IMG/VR virus record: IMGVR_UViG_3300045988_040880
Length of the DNA: 50,103 nucleotides
Direction: 5' to 3' (one strand)
From: a virus
This document shows, in pieces, positions 32,232-39,555 of this stretch. The notes under the pieces were generated by a model that saw nothing but the letters and a program-made list of their open reading frames with translations, was not told the DNA's origin and did no database searches. Positions within the stretch are counted from its first letter, which is position 1. Each line of letters opens with the position of its first letter. A program made the translations under genes and the position numbers.

Positions 32232-33395
32232 ATGAGCGACTATGAAAAGATAGCTGATGCTAACAATTTGATGAGGTCAGGTAAGAGATGCATGAAGGAA
32301 ATTTCATGGAAATATTCTACACAAAACTTTTACCTTGACCGAATCAATCGCGTAAGAATCGCAAAAGAACGATTGGAATCGATGGATAGAATGTCTGATG
32401 GTTTTACTGTGTTTAAGATAAATGAACGCGGTAAGATTAGGAATATTCGTTCTGTTCATATAAATGAGCGAATGGTTCAAAAGACTCAATCTGATGTTTC
32501 ATTGATTCCGAACATAAGACCTCGTTTGATTTATGATAACTATGCATCGTTGGAGCAAAGAGGTATATCACAAGCGTTTGATAGACTTAAAGTTCATTTA
32601 CAACGATACTATAGAACTCACGGAACAAATGTTGGTTATATTGCAATGGCCGATTTGCATGCATACTTTGACAGTATAAACCATGATTGTGTGTATGAGC
32701 AATGTAAGAAAGTTCTTGGTCATGACCCGAAAAATTTGTACCTGCTTATGGACTTTGTAGATGCTTTTGGTGATAAGTCACTTGGCTTAGGTAGTCAGGT
32801 ATCTCAAATACTTGCAATCTTTTATCCAAACGAAATTGACCACTTTATCAAAGAGCAATTGAAGATAAAAGGTTATGGTCGATACATGGATGATTTTTAC
32901 ATGATTCATGAGGATAAAGAATATCTTGCTGAGTGCTTACAACTTGTTGAAGGAATGTATGCAGACCTTGGAATCGAGATGAACGTAAATAAGACGAAGA
33001 TATGTCGAATTGATAAAGGCTTCAAATTTTTGAAAGCGAAGATTCATCTCACAGAAACCGGTAAAATAATCATGAGACCTGACCATGCAAGTATTGTTCG
33101 TGAAAGACGAAAACTCAAAAAGTTGAAAGAGAAGCTCGATGCTGGTGAAATTCAGTATAATGAGATTCTTCAGCAATATAAATCATGGAGAGGTTACATG
33201 GAGCAATTTAATTCATACAAAACATTGAAAAGTATGGATGAGTTATTCGATGATTTATTCATAAGACAATGGAGGTGTCAAGAGAATGTCGAACGGAAAC
33301 AACGCAATGACTACGAGTACAGAGTCAAGTTTGGTGAAAAGCAGTATCCTGCTCGCAGACGGCACGGTCTTGAACTTGAATCTGAATGGGACTGA
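32232..33395 (+). CDS. DGR reverse transcriptase
   Basis: 'GRYMDDFYMIH' (YMDD catalytic box), 'LGLGSQVSQILAIFY' (DGR-type GxxxSQ motif), 'ADLHAYFDSINH'. No obvious SD before the ATG. Confidence 0.9.
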   Translation: MSDYEKIADANNLMRSGKRCMKEISWKYSTQNFYLDRINRVRIAKERLESMDRMSDGFTVFKINERGKIRNIRSVHINERMVQKTQSDVSLIPNIRPRLIYDNYASLEQRGISQAFDRLKVHLQRYYRTHGTNVGYIAMADLHAYFDSINHDCVYEQCKKVLGHDPKNLYLLMDFVDAFGDKSLGLGSQVSQILAIFYPNEIDHFIKEQLKIKGYGRYMDDFYMIHEDKEYLAECLQLVEGMYADLGIEMNVNKTKICRIDKGFKFLKAKIHLTETGKIIMRPDHASIVRERRKLKKLKEKLDAGEIQYNEILQQYKSWRGYMEQFNSYKTLKSMDELFDDLFIRQWRCQENVERKQRNDYEYRVKFGEKQYPARRRHGLELESEWD

Positions 33396-33645
33396 GTACG
33401 AGTCCGAAACTCCGATTGCTGATGAAGTTCTCTCCGAGGAGAATCTTTCTAATGTAACAATCGATGATGTGAATAAGGGTAAGATGAAGCTCAATTCAAA
33501 ATATCCTTATAATGGTGGCACTCGTTTCAGTTTGAGAGAAATGACCGAAGATGAAAAAACAATCGAAAGGTTGAACACAGAACTTACTCAGACTCAGGTA
33601 GGTTTGATTGAAGTGTATGAGCTTCTGTTAGGAGGTGAAATCTAA
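33286..33645 (+). CDS. Hypothetical tail-module protein (XkdW-position)
   Basis: ATG 33286 with a GGAGGTG RBS. Overlaps the RT 3' end by 110 nt in another frame. Confidence 0.55.
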   Translation: MSNGNNAMTTSTESSLVKSSILLADGTVLNLNLNGTEYESETPIADEVLSEENLSNVTIDDVNKGKMKLNSKYPYNGGTRFSLREMTEDEKTIERLNTELTQTQVGLIEVYELLLGGEI

Positions 33646-33776
33646 TGGCTGAAGTGTATGCTAGCCTTATTGTTAAAGACATCAAAACTATTGACCAGGT
33701 ACCTGCATCCATTAGAGGTGATGTGAAGCAGGTGCTCATTGATTGGGGCTATCCGGAATTGGCCGGTGATGCCTAA
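33645..33776 (+). CDS. XkdX-like small protein, copy 1 (43 aa)
   Basis: 'MAEVYASLIVKDIKTIDQVPASIRGDVKQVL'. AGGAGGTG RBS and TAATG coupling. Below the ORF-track size cutoff. Confidence 0.65.
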   Translation: MAEVYASLIVKDIKTIDQVPASIRGDVKQVLIDWGYPELAGDA

Positions 33777-33847
33777 TGGTGATGAAAATGCTGTGTAGAA
33801 TCAAGCTTTTCATATTAAGAATCCTGTTAAGAAAGGAGGAACAACAG

Positions 33848-33973
33848 ATGGCAGAAGTTTATGCTACTCTCATCGTTAAGGGTGTTCGCACCTTTGACCA
33901 GGTACCGGCTGTTATTCAGCCTAAGGTTAAGGCAGTGCTTGAAGCACTTGACCTTGGTGAGCTTGCTCAGTAA
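33848..33973 (+). CDS. XkdX-like small protein, copy 2 (41 aa)
   Basis: 'MAEVYATLIVKGVRTFDQVPAVIQPKVKAVL'. AAAGGAGGA RBS upstream of ATG 33848. Confidence 0.65.
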   Translation: MAEVYATLIVKGVRTFDQVPAVIQPKVKAVLEALDLGELAQ

Positions 33974-33994
33974 AGAACATAGGAGGACAAAGCT

Positions 33995-34303
33995 ATGGAT
34001 AGTCCAATCACTAGAGCTGAGCACGAAGAGTTCAGTAGGAGAATGGAAGAAGAACATAATCGCCAAAATAAGCGAATCGAACTTCTGGAGGAACGAACTG
34101 AGCAATTTACAGATATTGCTATCTCAGTCAAAGAGCTTGCACTTAGTGTAAAGCAAATGGCTGAAACCCAGAAATCACAAGGAGAAAAACTCGAGAAGTT
34201 AGAAGAGCGAGATGGAGAAATGTGGAGAAAAGTGGTTGGGTATATCGTAACAGCAATTGTCGGCATTGTTATCGGCTTCGTGTTCAAGCAAATTGGGATG
34301 TAA
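33995..34303 (+). CDS. XhlA-like membrane protein (coiled coil plus C-terminal TM)
   Basis: Coiled N-terminal region and C-terminal 'VVGYIVTAIVGIVIGFVF'. Follows the XkdX-like genes as in Firmicute phages. Confidence 0.55.
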   Translation: MDSPITRAEHEEFSRRMEEEHNRQNKRIELLEERTEQFTDIAISVKELALSVKQMAETQKSQGEKLEKLEERDGEMWRKVVGYIVTAIVGIVIGFVFKQIGM

Positions 34304-34390
34304 GTTGAATTTTTGATTGATGAGTGTAGGGGTGGTCAGGAGACAGTTCTGGCCGCCCTGAAACTTTTTCAAAAACTTTTCAAAAAGGGG

Positions 34391-34419
34391 TGTACAAATC
34401 AAAAATAATGTGGTATAAT
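34391..34419 (+). promoter_or_regulatory. Promoter P5: TGTACA-N17-TATAAT
   Basis: TGTACA at 34391-34396 and TGGTATAAT ending at 34419. Upstream ttcaaaaacttttcaaaaa. Confidence 0.8.
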
Positions 34420-34474
34420 ATATACAGGTTAAATGATTAGCCGAAAATACTAAAGTGTTCAGGAGGAACGAATT

Positions 34475-34744
34475 ATGATGCAGAGTTTTGGAAGAGAACG
34501 TAAGGTGTTTGTTGATGTGCACGAGGTTATCCGTTATGAAGATAAATCTGAAAACATCAAAACTGTTGAGTACACTGGTTGTGTAGGATTTGAAGTTGTT
34601 GCTGATGCAAAGAGAGTTGCTGAGATTGAAGCTGAGACCGATGGTTCTTGCATCGATGATTATCATGAGTATTTGATTCTGTATTTTGCAGATGGTGAGA
34701 CTTCTATATTCAGAAATTCTTACGTTGACTTATTCGTAATTTAA
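34475..34744 (+). CDS. Hypothetical protein
   Basis: ORF with an AGGAGGA RBS. Confidence 0.55.
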   Translation: MMQSFGRERKVFVDVHEVIRYEDKSENIKTVEYTGCVGFEVVADAKRVAEIEAETDGSCIDDYHEYLILYFADGETSIFRNSYVDLFVI

Positions 34745-34745
34745 G

Positions 34746-34768
34746 GGTGTACAAGCTTACACCTTTAT
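34746..34768 (+). terminator. Hairpin / terminator candidate overlapping the -35 of P6
   Basis: GGTGTA-CAAGCT-TACACC followed by TTTAT, starting 2 nt after the stop at 34744. Confidence 0.4.
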
Positions 34769-34776
34769 GGTATAAT
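34748..34776 (+). promoter_or_regulatory. Promoter P6: TGTACA-N17-TATAAT
   Basis: TGTACA at 34748-34753 and TGGTATAAT ending at 34776. Confidence 0.7.
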
Positions 34777-34815
34777 AAAATCACAAACAAAACAAATGCT
34801 TAGGAGGGCAAACAA

Positions 34816-35196
34816 ATGAAAAAGGTATGGATTCTTGAAAAGTTCGCAAGCAGTGAGGAAATGGCTAAATCTTTTAATGAAATGAAAGCCATGTTTGAGG
34901 ATGCAAAGAATAACAATAAAGATATGACTGAAGAGCAGATTCATTCTTTAGAACAGTCTCTTGCCAGTTATGAAAAAGTGATGAATGAAAATCCAAATGG
35001 TCGTTGGTATGGCTTTGAAGGCAAAATAATTTATCGTCAGTTTTGTGATATTGCAAAAGCTGCTATTCGCAGAAATCCTGATGGTAAGTTCAGAGTTGTT
35101 GAAGGTGAGATTGCAGATGATGCAAAGTATTGGCCTGGTTATAAGTTCGTCAAAGAGAATGAAGGTGTTCTTCGTTACTTGATGGCAACGAAATAA
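34816..35196 (+). CDS. Hypothetical protein
   Basis: ORF with a TAGGAGGG RBS. Confidence 0.55.
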   Translation: MKKVWILEKFASSEEMAKSFNEMKAMFEDAKNNNKDMTEEQIHSLEQSLASYEKVMNENPNGRWYGFEGKIIYRQFCDIAKAAIRRNPDGKFRVVEGEIADDAKYWPGYKFVKENEGVLRYLMATK

Positions 35197-35274
35197 GCTA
35201 CCCTGATGAGTCGTTGAGAATTACGACGAAAGGTTCCGCAAGGATTAAATGGACTAATGTCCAGCCTCGGTAGT
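35197..35274 (+). ncRNA. Hammerhead self-cleaving ribozyme, type I topology (predicted cleavage after C at 35268)
   Basis: GCUACC-CUGAUGA-GUCGU(loop)ACGAC-GAA-AGGUU...AGCCU-C|GGUAGU. All invariant core nucleotides and three complementary stems were read directly. Confidence 0.75.
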
Positions 35275-35309
35275 ATGCAGCTACCAAATTAACAAAGGAG
35301 GACATAGGT

Positions 35310-35825
35310 ATGTCAAGAGAAAATCTGCAGAAGAAAACCTGTAAAGAGCTCAGAGAGCTTGCCAAGGAATTGAACATCTCCGGTAGATGGGATATGACCA
35401 AGGACCAATTGATTGATGCAATCTTAGGAGCGGAAGTGGTTGAGAATACCAATGAATCTGAAAGTGCTAAAGACGAATGTAAGGTTGACAATCAGGAAAA
35501 TGTCGTAGAGGTGGAAGATAAAGTTGAGAAAGAATCCGCCAACGTCGATGTGGATATGGCTCAGAAGATGCCGTACATTGAGAACATCGAAATCGGTACT
35601 TTGGTTGCTTTCCGTCTTTCCAATGGTAAGGTAAAATCTGCTAAGGTCACTCGTAAGTCTACCAAAAATCGTAAGCTCAAGCTTGAGACCGATTATGGTG
35701 CAGAATACATCGTATCGTTTGACGATATTGTGTGGGTAAGGACTGGTAAGCGTTGGCCTCGTGGAGTTTACAAACTGTTGAAAGGACTGGTGGATGATAA
35801 TGGCAAAGAGGAACAGAAAGGCTAA
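35310..35825 (+). CDS. Protein with N-terminal Rho_N/HeH-like domain
   Basis: 'KTCKELRELAKELNISGRWDMTKDQLIDAI', paralogous to the N-terminus of CDS 9848. AAAGGAGGA RBS. Confidence 0.55.
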   Translation: MSRENLQKKTCKELRELAKELNISGRWDMTKDQLIDAILGAEVVENTNESESAKDECKVDNQENVVEVEDKVEKESANVDVDMAQKMPYIENIEIGTLVAFRLSNGKVKSAKVTRKSTKNRKLKLETDYGAEYIVSFDDIVWVRTGKRWPRGVYKLLKGLVDDNGKEEQKG

Positions 35826-36357
35826 GCTCACTGCAACTGAGTGTAGACAATCTGTTCGTAAGTTCTTTGAAAAACAGGCAAGATTCAAACAGGTGCAATC
35901 ACAGTTCAATGAATTGAAAGCACAGTTCAACAGTGATATGGAGGACTATTTTGAGTGTGAAGGCATTGACAAGTCAATGACATTCTCGTTCGATGGGTTT
36001 GTTGAAGGTGACTTGGTTGTCAATCGAATCCAGAAATCAAGCGTTGAGTTTGACCCTGATAAGCTTGAAAAAGCATTAGGTAAAAGCTTAGCAAAGCAAG
36101 TGATTATCAAACGTTACGAAGTCACTGATATGGACGCGTTGATTGCTTACTTGAAAGAATGTGATGTGGACCCTAAAATCTTTAAGTCTTTCCTGGCTGT
36201 ATCTAAATCGGTTGATACTCAGGAACTTGATAGACTGGAAGAGATTGGTAAGGTAACTACAGAACAGGTTCAAGGTTGCTACACAATAAAACGTCAGAAT
36301 CCCTACTTCACTGTTGGTGTGAAGCGAGGGCATGATGATGGAGAACAAAAATGGTGA
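35794..36357 (+). CDS. Hypothetical protein (start 35794 or 35800)
   Basis: ORF in the replication module. No family recognised. Confidence 0.5.
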   Translation: MIMAKRNRKAKLTATECRQSVRKFFEKQARFKQVQSQFNELKAQFNSDMEDYFECEGIDKSMTFSFDGFVEGDLVVNRIQKSSVEFDPDKLEKALGKSLAKQVIIKRYEVTDMDALIAYLKECDVDPKIFKSFLAVSKSVDTQELDRLEEIGKVTTEQVQGCYTIKRQNPYFTVGVKRGHDDGEQKW

Positions 36358-37327
36358 GGCGTTAGCCAAAGTATTATGGTATTATAACCTGATACCGGAC
36401 GTTGCATCATTAAGTCAGAAAATTGTCTGTCCTTTTCATGATGATGTGAATCCAAGTATGATAGTGAATTTTGAAGATGGTTCATGGTTCTGCTTCGGAT
36501 GTAATTTGACTGGTGATGCAAAGAAGTTTGTACAGCTCATGGAATCCAAACACAATGGATTAAATGACTTGCAGGCTTATCAAAAATATCTTCGTATTCT
36601 GAAATCCGATAAGTGTAGTAATATTAAATTGGATAGGTCTCTGGTAAAACAGAAACCACTCCAGAAGGACCTTTATAATGAGGCCTATGATTATTACCAC
36701 GGATTAAGAAAAGTCAACTGGAGGGATTCTGATGAACCTGAGGTGGTGGCCGCAAAAGAGTACATGACCAAGAGAGGATTCAGTCCTGAAACTCTACATA
36801 AGTGTAAGGCAAAGGTTACATATAATCGAAGTTACGGAATAATCTTCCCGATGTTGGACAATGGAAAGTTCAAAGGTTGGGTATGTCGTACGATGCTTAA
36901 GTTTATTGAAGAAAAACGAAAGTATTTGTACAATGAAGGATTTAGCCGAGCAACGACTTTGGTTGGTAACTATGGAGCCAAGGACTATGTGTTTGTGGTT
37001 GAGGGTTACATGGACCGATTGAAGTTTGTACAGTTTGGTGAAGACAATGTGGTTGCTATTTTAGGTTGGAAGATGTCGCCTCAGCAAATTCAAAAGCTGA
37101 AAGACAAAGGAATCACAAAGGTGATAAGTGCATTGGATAACGATGAATGTGGTCGTAAAGGAACTGAGTTTCTGAAGAAGCATTTCAAAGTGACGAGGTT
37201 CAAGTATCTTAAGGGTGTTAAAGACCCGGGTGATATGACTCAGGAATCGTTTGACAAGATGTTTAGAAAAACAATGAGTGAATTCAAAAGAAATCAAGGA
37301 GGAAACCAAAATGGGTTTAGTCGATAA
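36332..37327 (+). CDS. dnaG: DNA primase (CHC2 zinc finger plus Toprim)
   Basis: 'CPFHDDVNPSMIVNFEDGSWFCFGC'. Toprim 'VVEGYMD' and 'SALDNDECGRKG'. Confidence 0.8.
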   Translation: MMMENKNGEALAKVLWYYNLIPDVASLSQKIVCPFHDDVNPSMIVNFEDGSWFCFGCNLTGDAKKFVQLMESKHNGLNDLQAYQKYLRILKSDKCSNIKLDRSLVKQKPLQKDLYNEAYDYYHGLRKVNWRDSDEPEVVAAKEYMTKRGFSPETLHKCKAKVTYNRSYGIIFPMLDNGKFKGWVCRTMLKFIEEKRKYLYNEGFSRATTLVGNYGAKDYVFVVEGYMDRLKFVQFGEDNVVAILGWKMSPQQIQKLKDKGITKVISALDNDECGRKGTEFLKKHFKVTRFKYLKGVKDPGDMTQESFDKMFRKTMSEFKRNQGGNQNGFSR

Positions 37328-38147
37328 GATTAAGGCAGACGTTAAAAAGTCTGGTCAGAACAAAGGTAAGTTCATCTACTTCAGAGAAGGTCAGAAACAG
37401 AGAGTTCGTTTCTTGACTGATATGGATGACGGTATGGAGGTTACTTTCCATGATAGCTTCGAGGCAGGAATTAACGTTCCTTGTCAGGACTTGTTTGGTA
37501 AGAACTGCCCTTACTGTGACGATGAAAGCCTTCGTACTCGTTCCCAGTATATTTGGTCTGTATACAACTACGAAACAAAGGAAGTTCAGCTGTTCATGTT
37601 CCCTGTGAATAACTGTAGTCCTATTCCGGCTCTCATGGCTATGTATGAGAACTATGGTACAATCTGCGACCGTGACTACGTGATTAGTGTGTCCGGTAAG
37701 CAGCAGAACAAGACTTTCTCCGTAGTTCCTATGGATAAGGTTAAGTTCAGAAATGAGAAGGCAAAAGCATTCTCTGAAAAGGCAATTCTCAAGATGCTTG
37801 ATAAGGCATTCCCTTGTGATGAATCTGAGGATGACGAAGACGAGGATGAAGCACCTAAGAAGCGTGCACCTAAGTCTACCGGTAAGAAGGCTACTCGCAA
37901 GCCTGAACCGGAGGAAGAAGACGAGGACGATTATGATGATGAGTCCTGGGGTGAAGAGGAGGACGAAGACGTTGTGGACTATTCTGAAATGTCTGCAAAA
38001 GAATTGTACGACCTCTGTAAAGAACGCGGCATTAAGGTAGCACCTAAGAAGCCGGCTAAGTATTACATCAATCAGCTTGAGGAGTGGGATGCTGCTCAGG
38101 AAGATTGGGGTGAAGAGGAGGACGAAGATGAGTGGGAAGACGACTAA
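37311..38147 (+). CDS. Putative ssDNA-binding protein with CPYC zinc motif, HeH-like module and acidic C-terminal tail
   Basis: ATG 37311 with an AGGAGGA RBS. 'GKNCPYCDD', then 'MSAKELYDLCKERGIKVAPKKPAKYYINQL', ending 'EDEDEWEDD'. The function is an inference. Confidence 0.35.
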   Translation: MGLVDKIKADVKKSGQNKGKFIYFREGQKQRVRFLTDMDDGMEVTFHDSFEAGINVPCQDLFGKNCPYCDDESLRTRSQYIWSVYNYETKEVQLFMFPVNNCSPIPALMAMYENYGTICDRDYVISVSGKQQNKTFSVVPMDKVKFRNEKAKAFSEKAILKMLDKAFPCDESEDDEDEDEAPKKRAPKSTGKKATRKPEPEEEDEDDYDDESWGEEEDEDVVDYSEMSAKELYDLCKERGIKVAPKKPAKYYINQLEEWDAAQEDWGEEEDEDEWEDD

Positions 38148-38511
38148 TGCAGTAACATTGCAGCAGTTGTTTAACATTCAGCTCGTAACTCAAGATAAGC
38201 TCATTAGTAAAGGTGTATATAACCGATACAAAGATGAGCATACTGTAACTGTTCCGGTTGACGATGTTGGTTTGGCGTCATATCATATTCAGCAGCTTAT
38301 GTCAGAGATTGGTGAAGTTCTGGATGCTGATAAGAGATGGAAATCACATCGCAACGATAAGTGTGATAAACAGGCAAAGCTTGAGGAATTGGCTGATTGC
38401 TTTGTTGTACTTATGAATGTTGCAATGTTTTCCGGATTTGATGGGAATGACCTTGCCAAAGCTGTTGAGCAGAAACTTGGTGTTGTGTCTGACCGTCTTG
38501 GTGAACTGTAA
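38128..38511 (+). CDS. All-alpha NTP pyrophosphohydrolase (dimeric dUTPase / MazG-like)
   Basis: ATG 38128 with a GAGGAGG RBS. 'LMSEIGEVLDADKRWKSHR....KLEELADCFVVLMNVA'. Confidence 0.55.
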   Translation: MSGKTTNAVTLQQLFNIQLVTQDKLISKGVYNRYKDEHTVTVPVDDVGLASYHIQQLMSEIGEVLDADKRWKSHRNDKCDKQAKLEELADCFVVLMNVAMFSGFDGNDLAKAVEQKLGVVSDRLGEL

Positions 38512-38515
38512 GATG

Positions 38516-38535
38516 GGGAGGGGTAACCCCCTCCC
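38516..38535 (+). other. GC-rich hairpin without a U-tract
   Basis: GGGAGGGG-TAAC-CCCCTCCC, 5 nt after the stop at 38511. Resembles the hairpin at 694. Confidence 0.6.
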
Positions 38536-38564
38536 TCATACTAAACGAAAAGGAGAAATCGACG

Positions 38565-39047
38565 ATGAACGATATTAGAAATATGAAAGTGTACTTTGCA
38601 AGCCCTTGGTTCAACCCTGAACAGGCTGAAAGAGAGGACCGTGTAAAGGCTAAGTTGAGAGAGCTCGGTTTTAATGTGTGGAGCCCGAAGGAGAACAGTT
38701 CTTTGTCTCCTATCACTGACCCGGTAATTCGTGAGAAAATCTTCTCTGCGAATGTTGAACACATTAAGGAATGTGATATTATCTTTGCAATCACAGACGG
38801 TAAGGATATGGGTACCATTTGGGAGGCTGGTTTTGCTAACGGCTACAATGTCGGCATGCATGACCCTGAAACTTTCAAGCCTATCATTATTGTGTACTAC
38901 TGTGAAACTCTTGGACCTAATGGCCAGTTCAATCTGATGCTTGCTCAGTCCGGTGATGTTACTATCACAAAGTTTGAAGACCTTGACAAGCTTCCTGGAC
39001 TGATTGAGAAAGGTGAGGGACTTGCTTATGCTGGAATTGTTGAGTAA
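38565..39047 (+). CDS. Nucleoside 2-deoxyribosyltransferase family protein
   Basis: 'KVYFASPWFNPEQ' and 'IFAITDGKDMGTIWEAGFA'. Confidence 0.7.
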   Translation: MNDIRNMKVYFASPWFNPEQAEREDRVKAKLRELGFNVWSPKENSSLSPITDPVIREKIFSANVEHIKECDIIFAITDGKDMGTIWEAGFANGYNVGMHDPETFKPIIIVYYCETLGPNGQFNLMLAQSGDVTITKFEDLDKLPGLIEKGEGLAYAGIVE

Positions 39048-39555
39048 AGAATCCATAATGAGTGAGTACCCACTCAAGAAGATAATTCGATACAATCATC
39101 GTAGTCGTCTTCAGGATGAAAGTGTTGCTGAACATACATGCTTTGTATCTTTGTTCTGTTTGAAGATTATGGCTCAGCTTAATCTTACTCATGAACAGGA
39201 ACGACAGGTTCTGATTCTTGCTGCATTGCATGATACATGTGAGAGTCGTACATCTGATATTCCTCATGATGTGAAAGCAAACTACCCCGAGATGCAGGCA
39301 ATCCTTGAAAAGATTGAGCATGACTACTACGAAGAAAATTGGAAAACTTATCTCGGAGATGTGTACAAACCCGAACCGATAGTGTATAATATACTTAAGT
39401 TGGCAGATGCCTACAGTGTATACCAGTGGTGCTTGAATGAAAAAGCACTTGGTAATTCTTCTGATTGCATTACCGAAATCTATATTGAGTGTAGGAATCG
39501 TCTTAAGAAGTACATTGGTATTATCAACGAAATAATTGAGAAGGAGGCCAAATAA
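39028..39555 (+). CDS. HD-domain phosphohydrolase (YfbR-like 5'-deoxynucleotidase); start uncertain (39004, 39028 or 39058)
   Basis: 'ESVAEHTCFVS' and 'LAALHDTCESRTSDIPHD'. Confidence 0.65.
   Translation: MLELLSKESIMSEYPLKKIIRYNHRSRLQDESVAEHTCFVSLFCLKIMAQLNLTHEQERQVLILAALHDTCESRTSDIPHDVKANYPEMQAILEKIEHDYYEENWKTYLGDVYKPEPIVYNILKLADAYSVYQWCLNEKALGNSSDCITEIYIECRNRLKKYIGIINEIIEKEAK

Larger units (their letters stand above)
30392..33395 (+). mobile_element. Diversity-generating retroelement cassette (target gene with VR, avd-like gene, TR, RT)
   Basis: 80-nt VR/TR pair differing only at TR adenines, plus a YMDD reverse transcriptase in canonical order. Confidence 0.9.

Noticed and set aside
34334-34354. 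Hairpin GGTCAGGA-GACAG-TTCTGGCC after the XhlA-like gene, considered as a terminator
   Set aside because: Two of its eight pairs are G-U, and the T-run begins about 10 nt after the stem. This is too weak to call.
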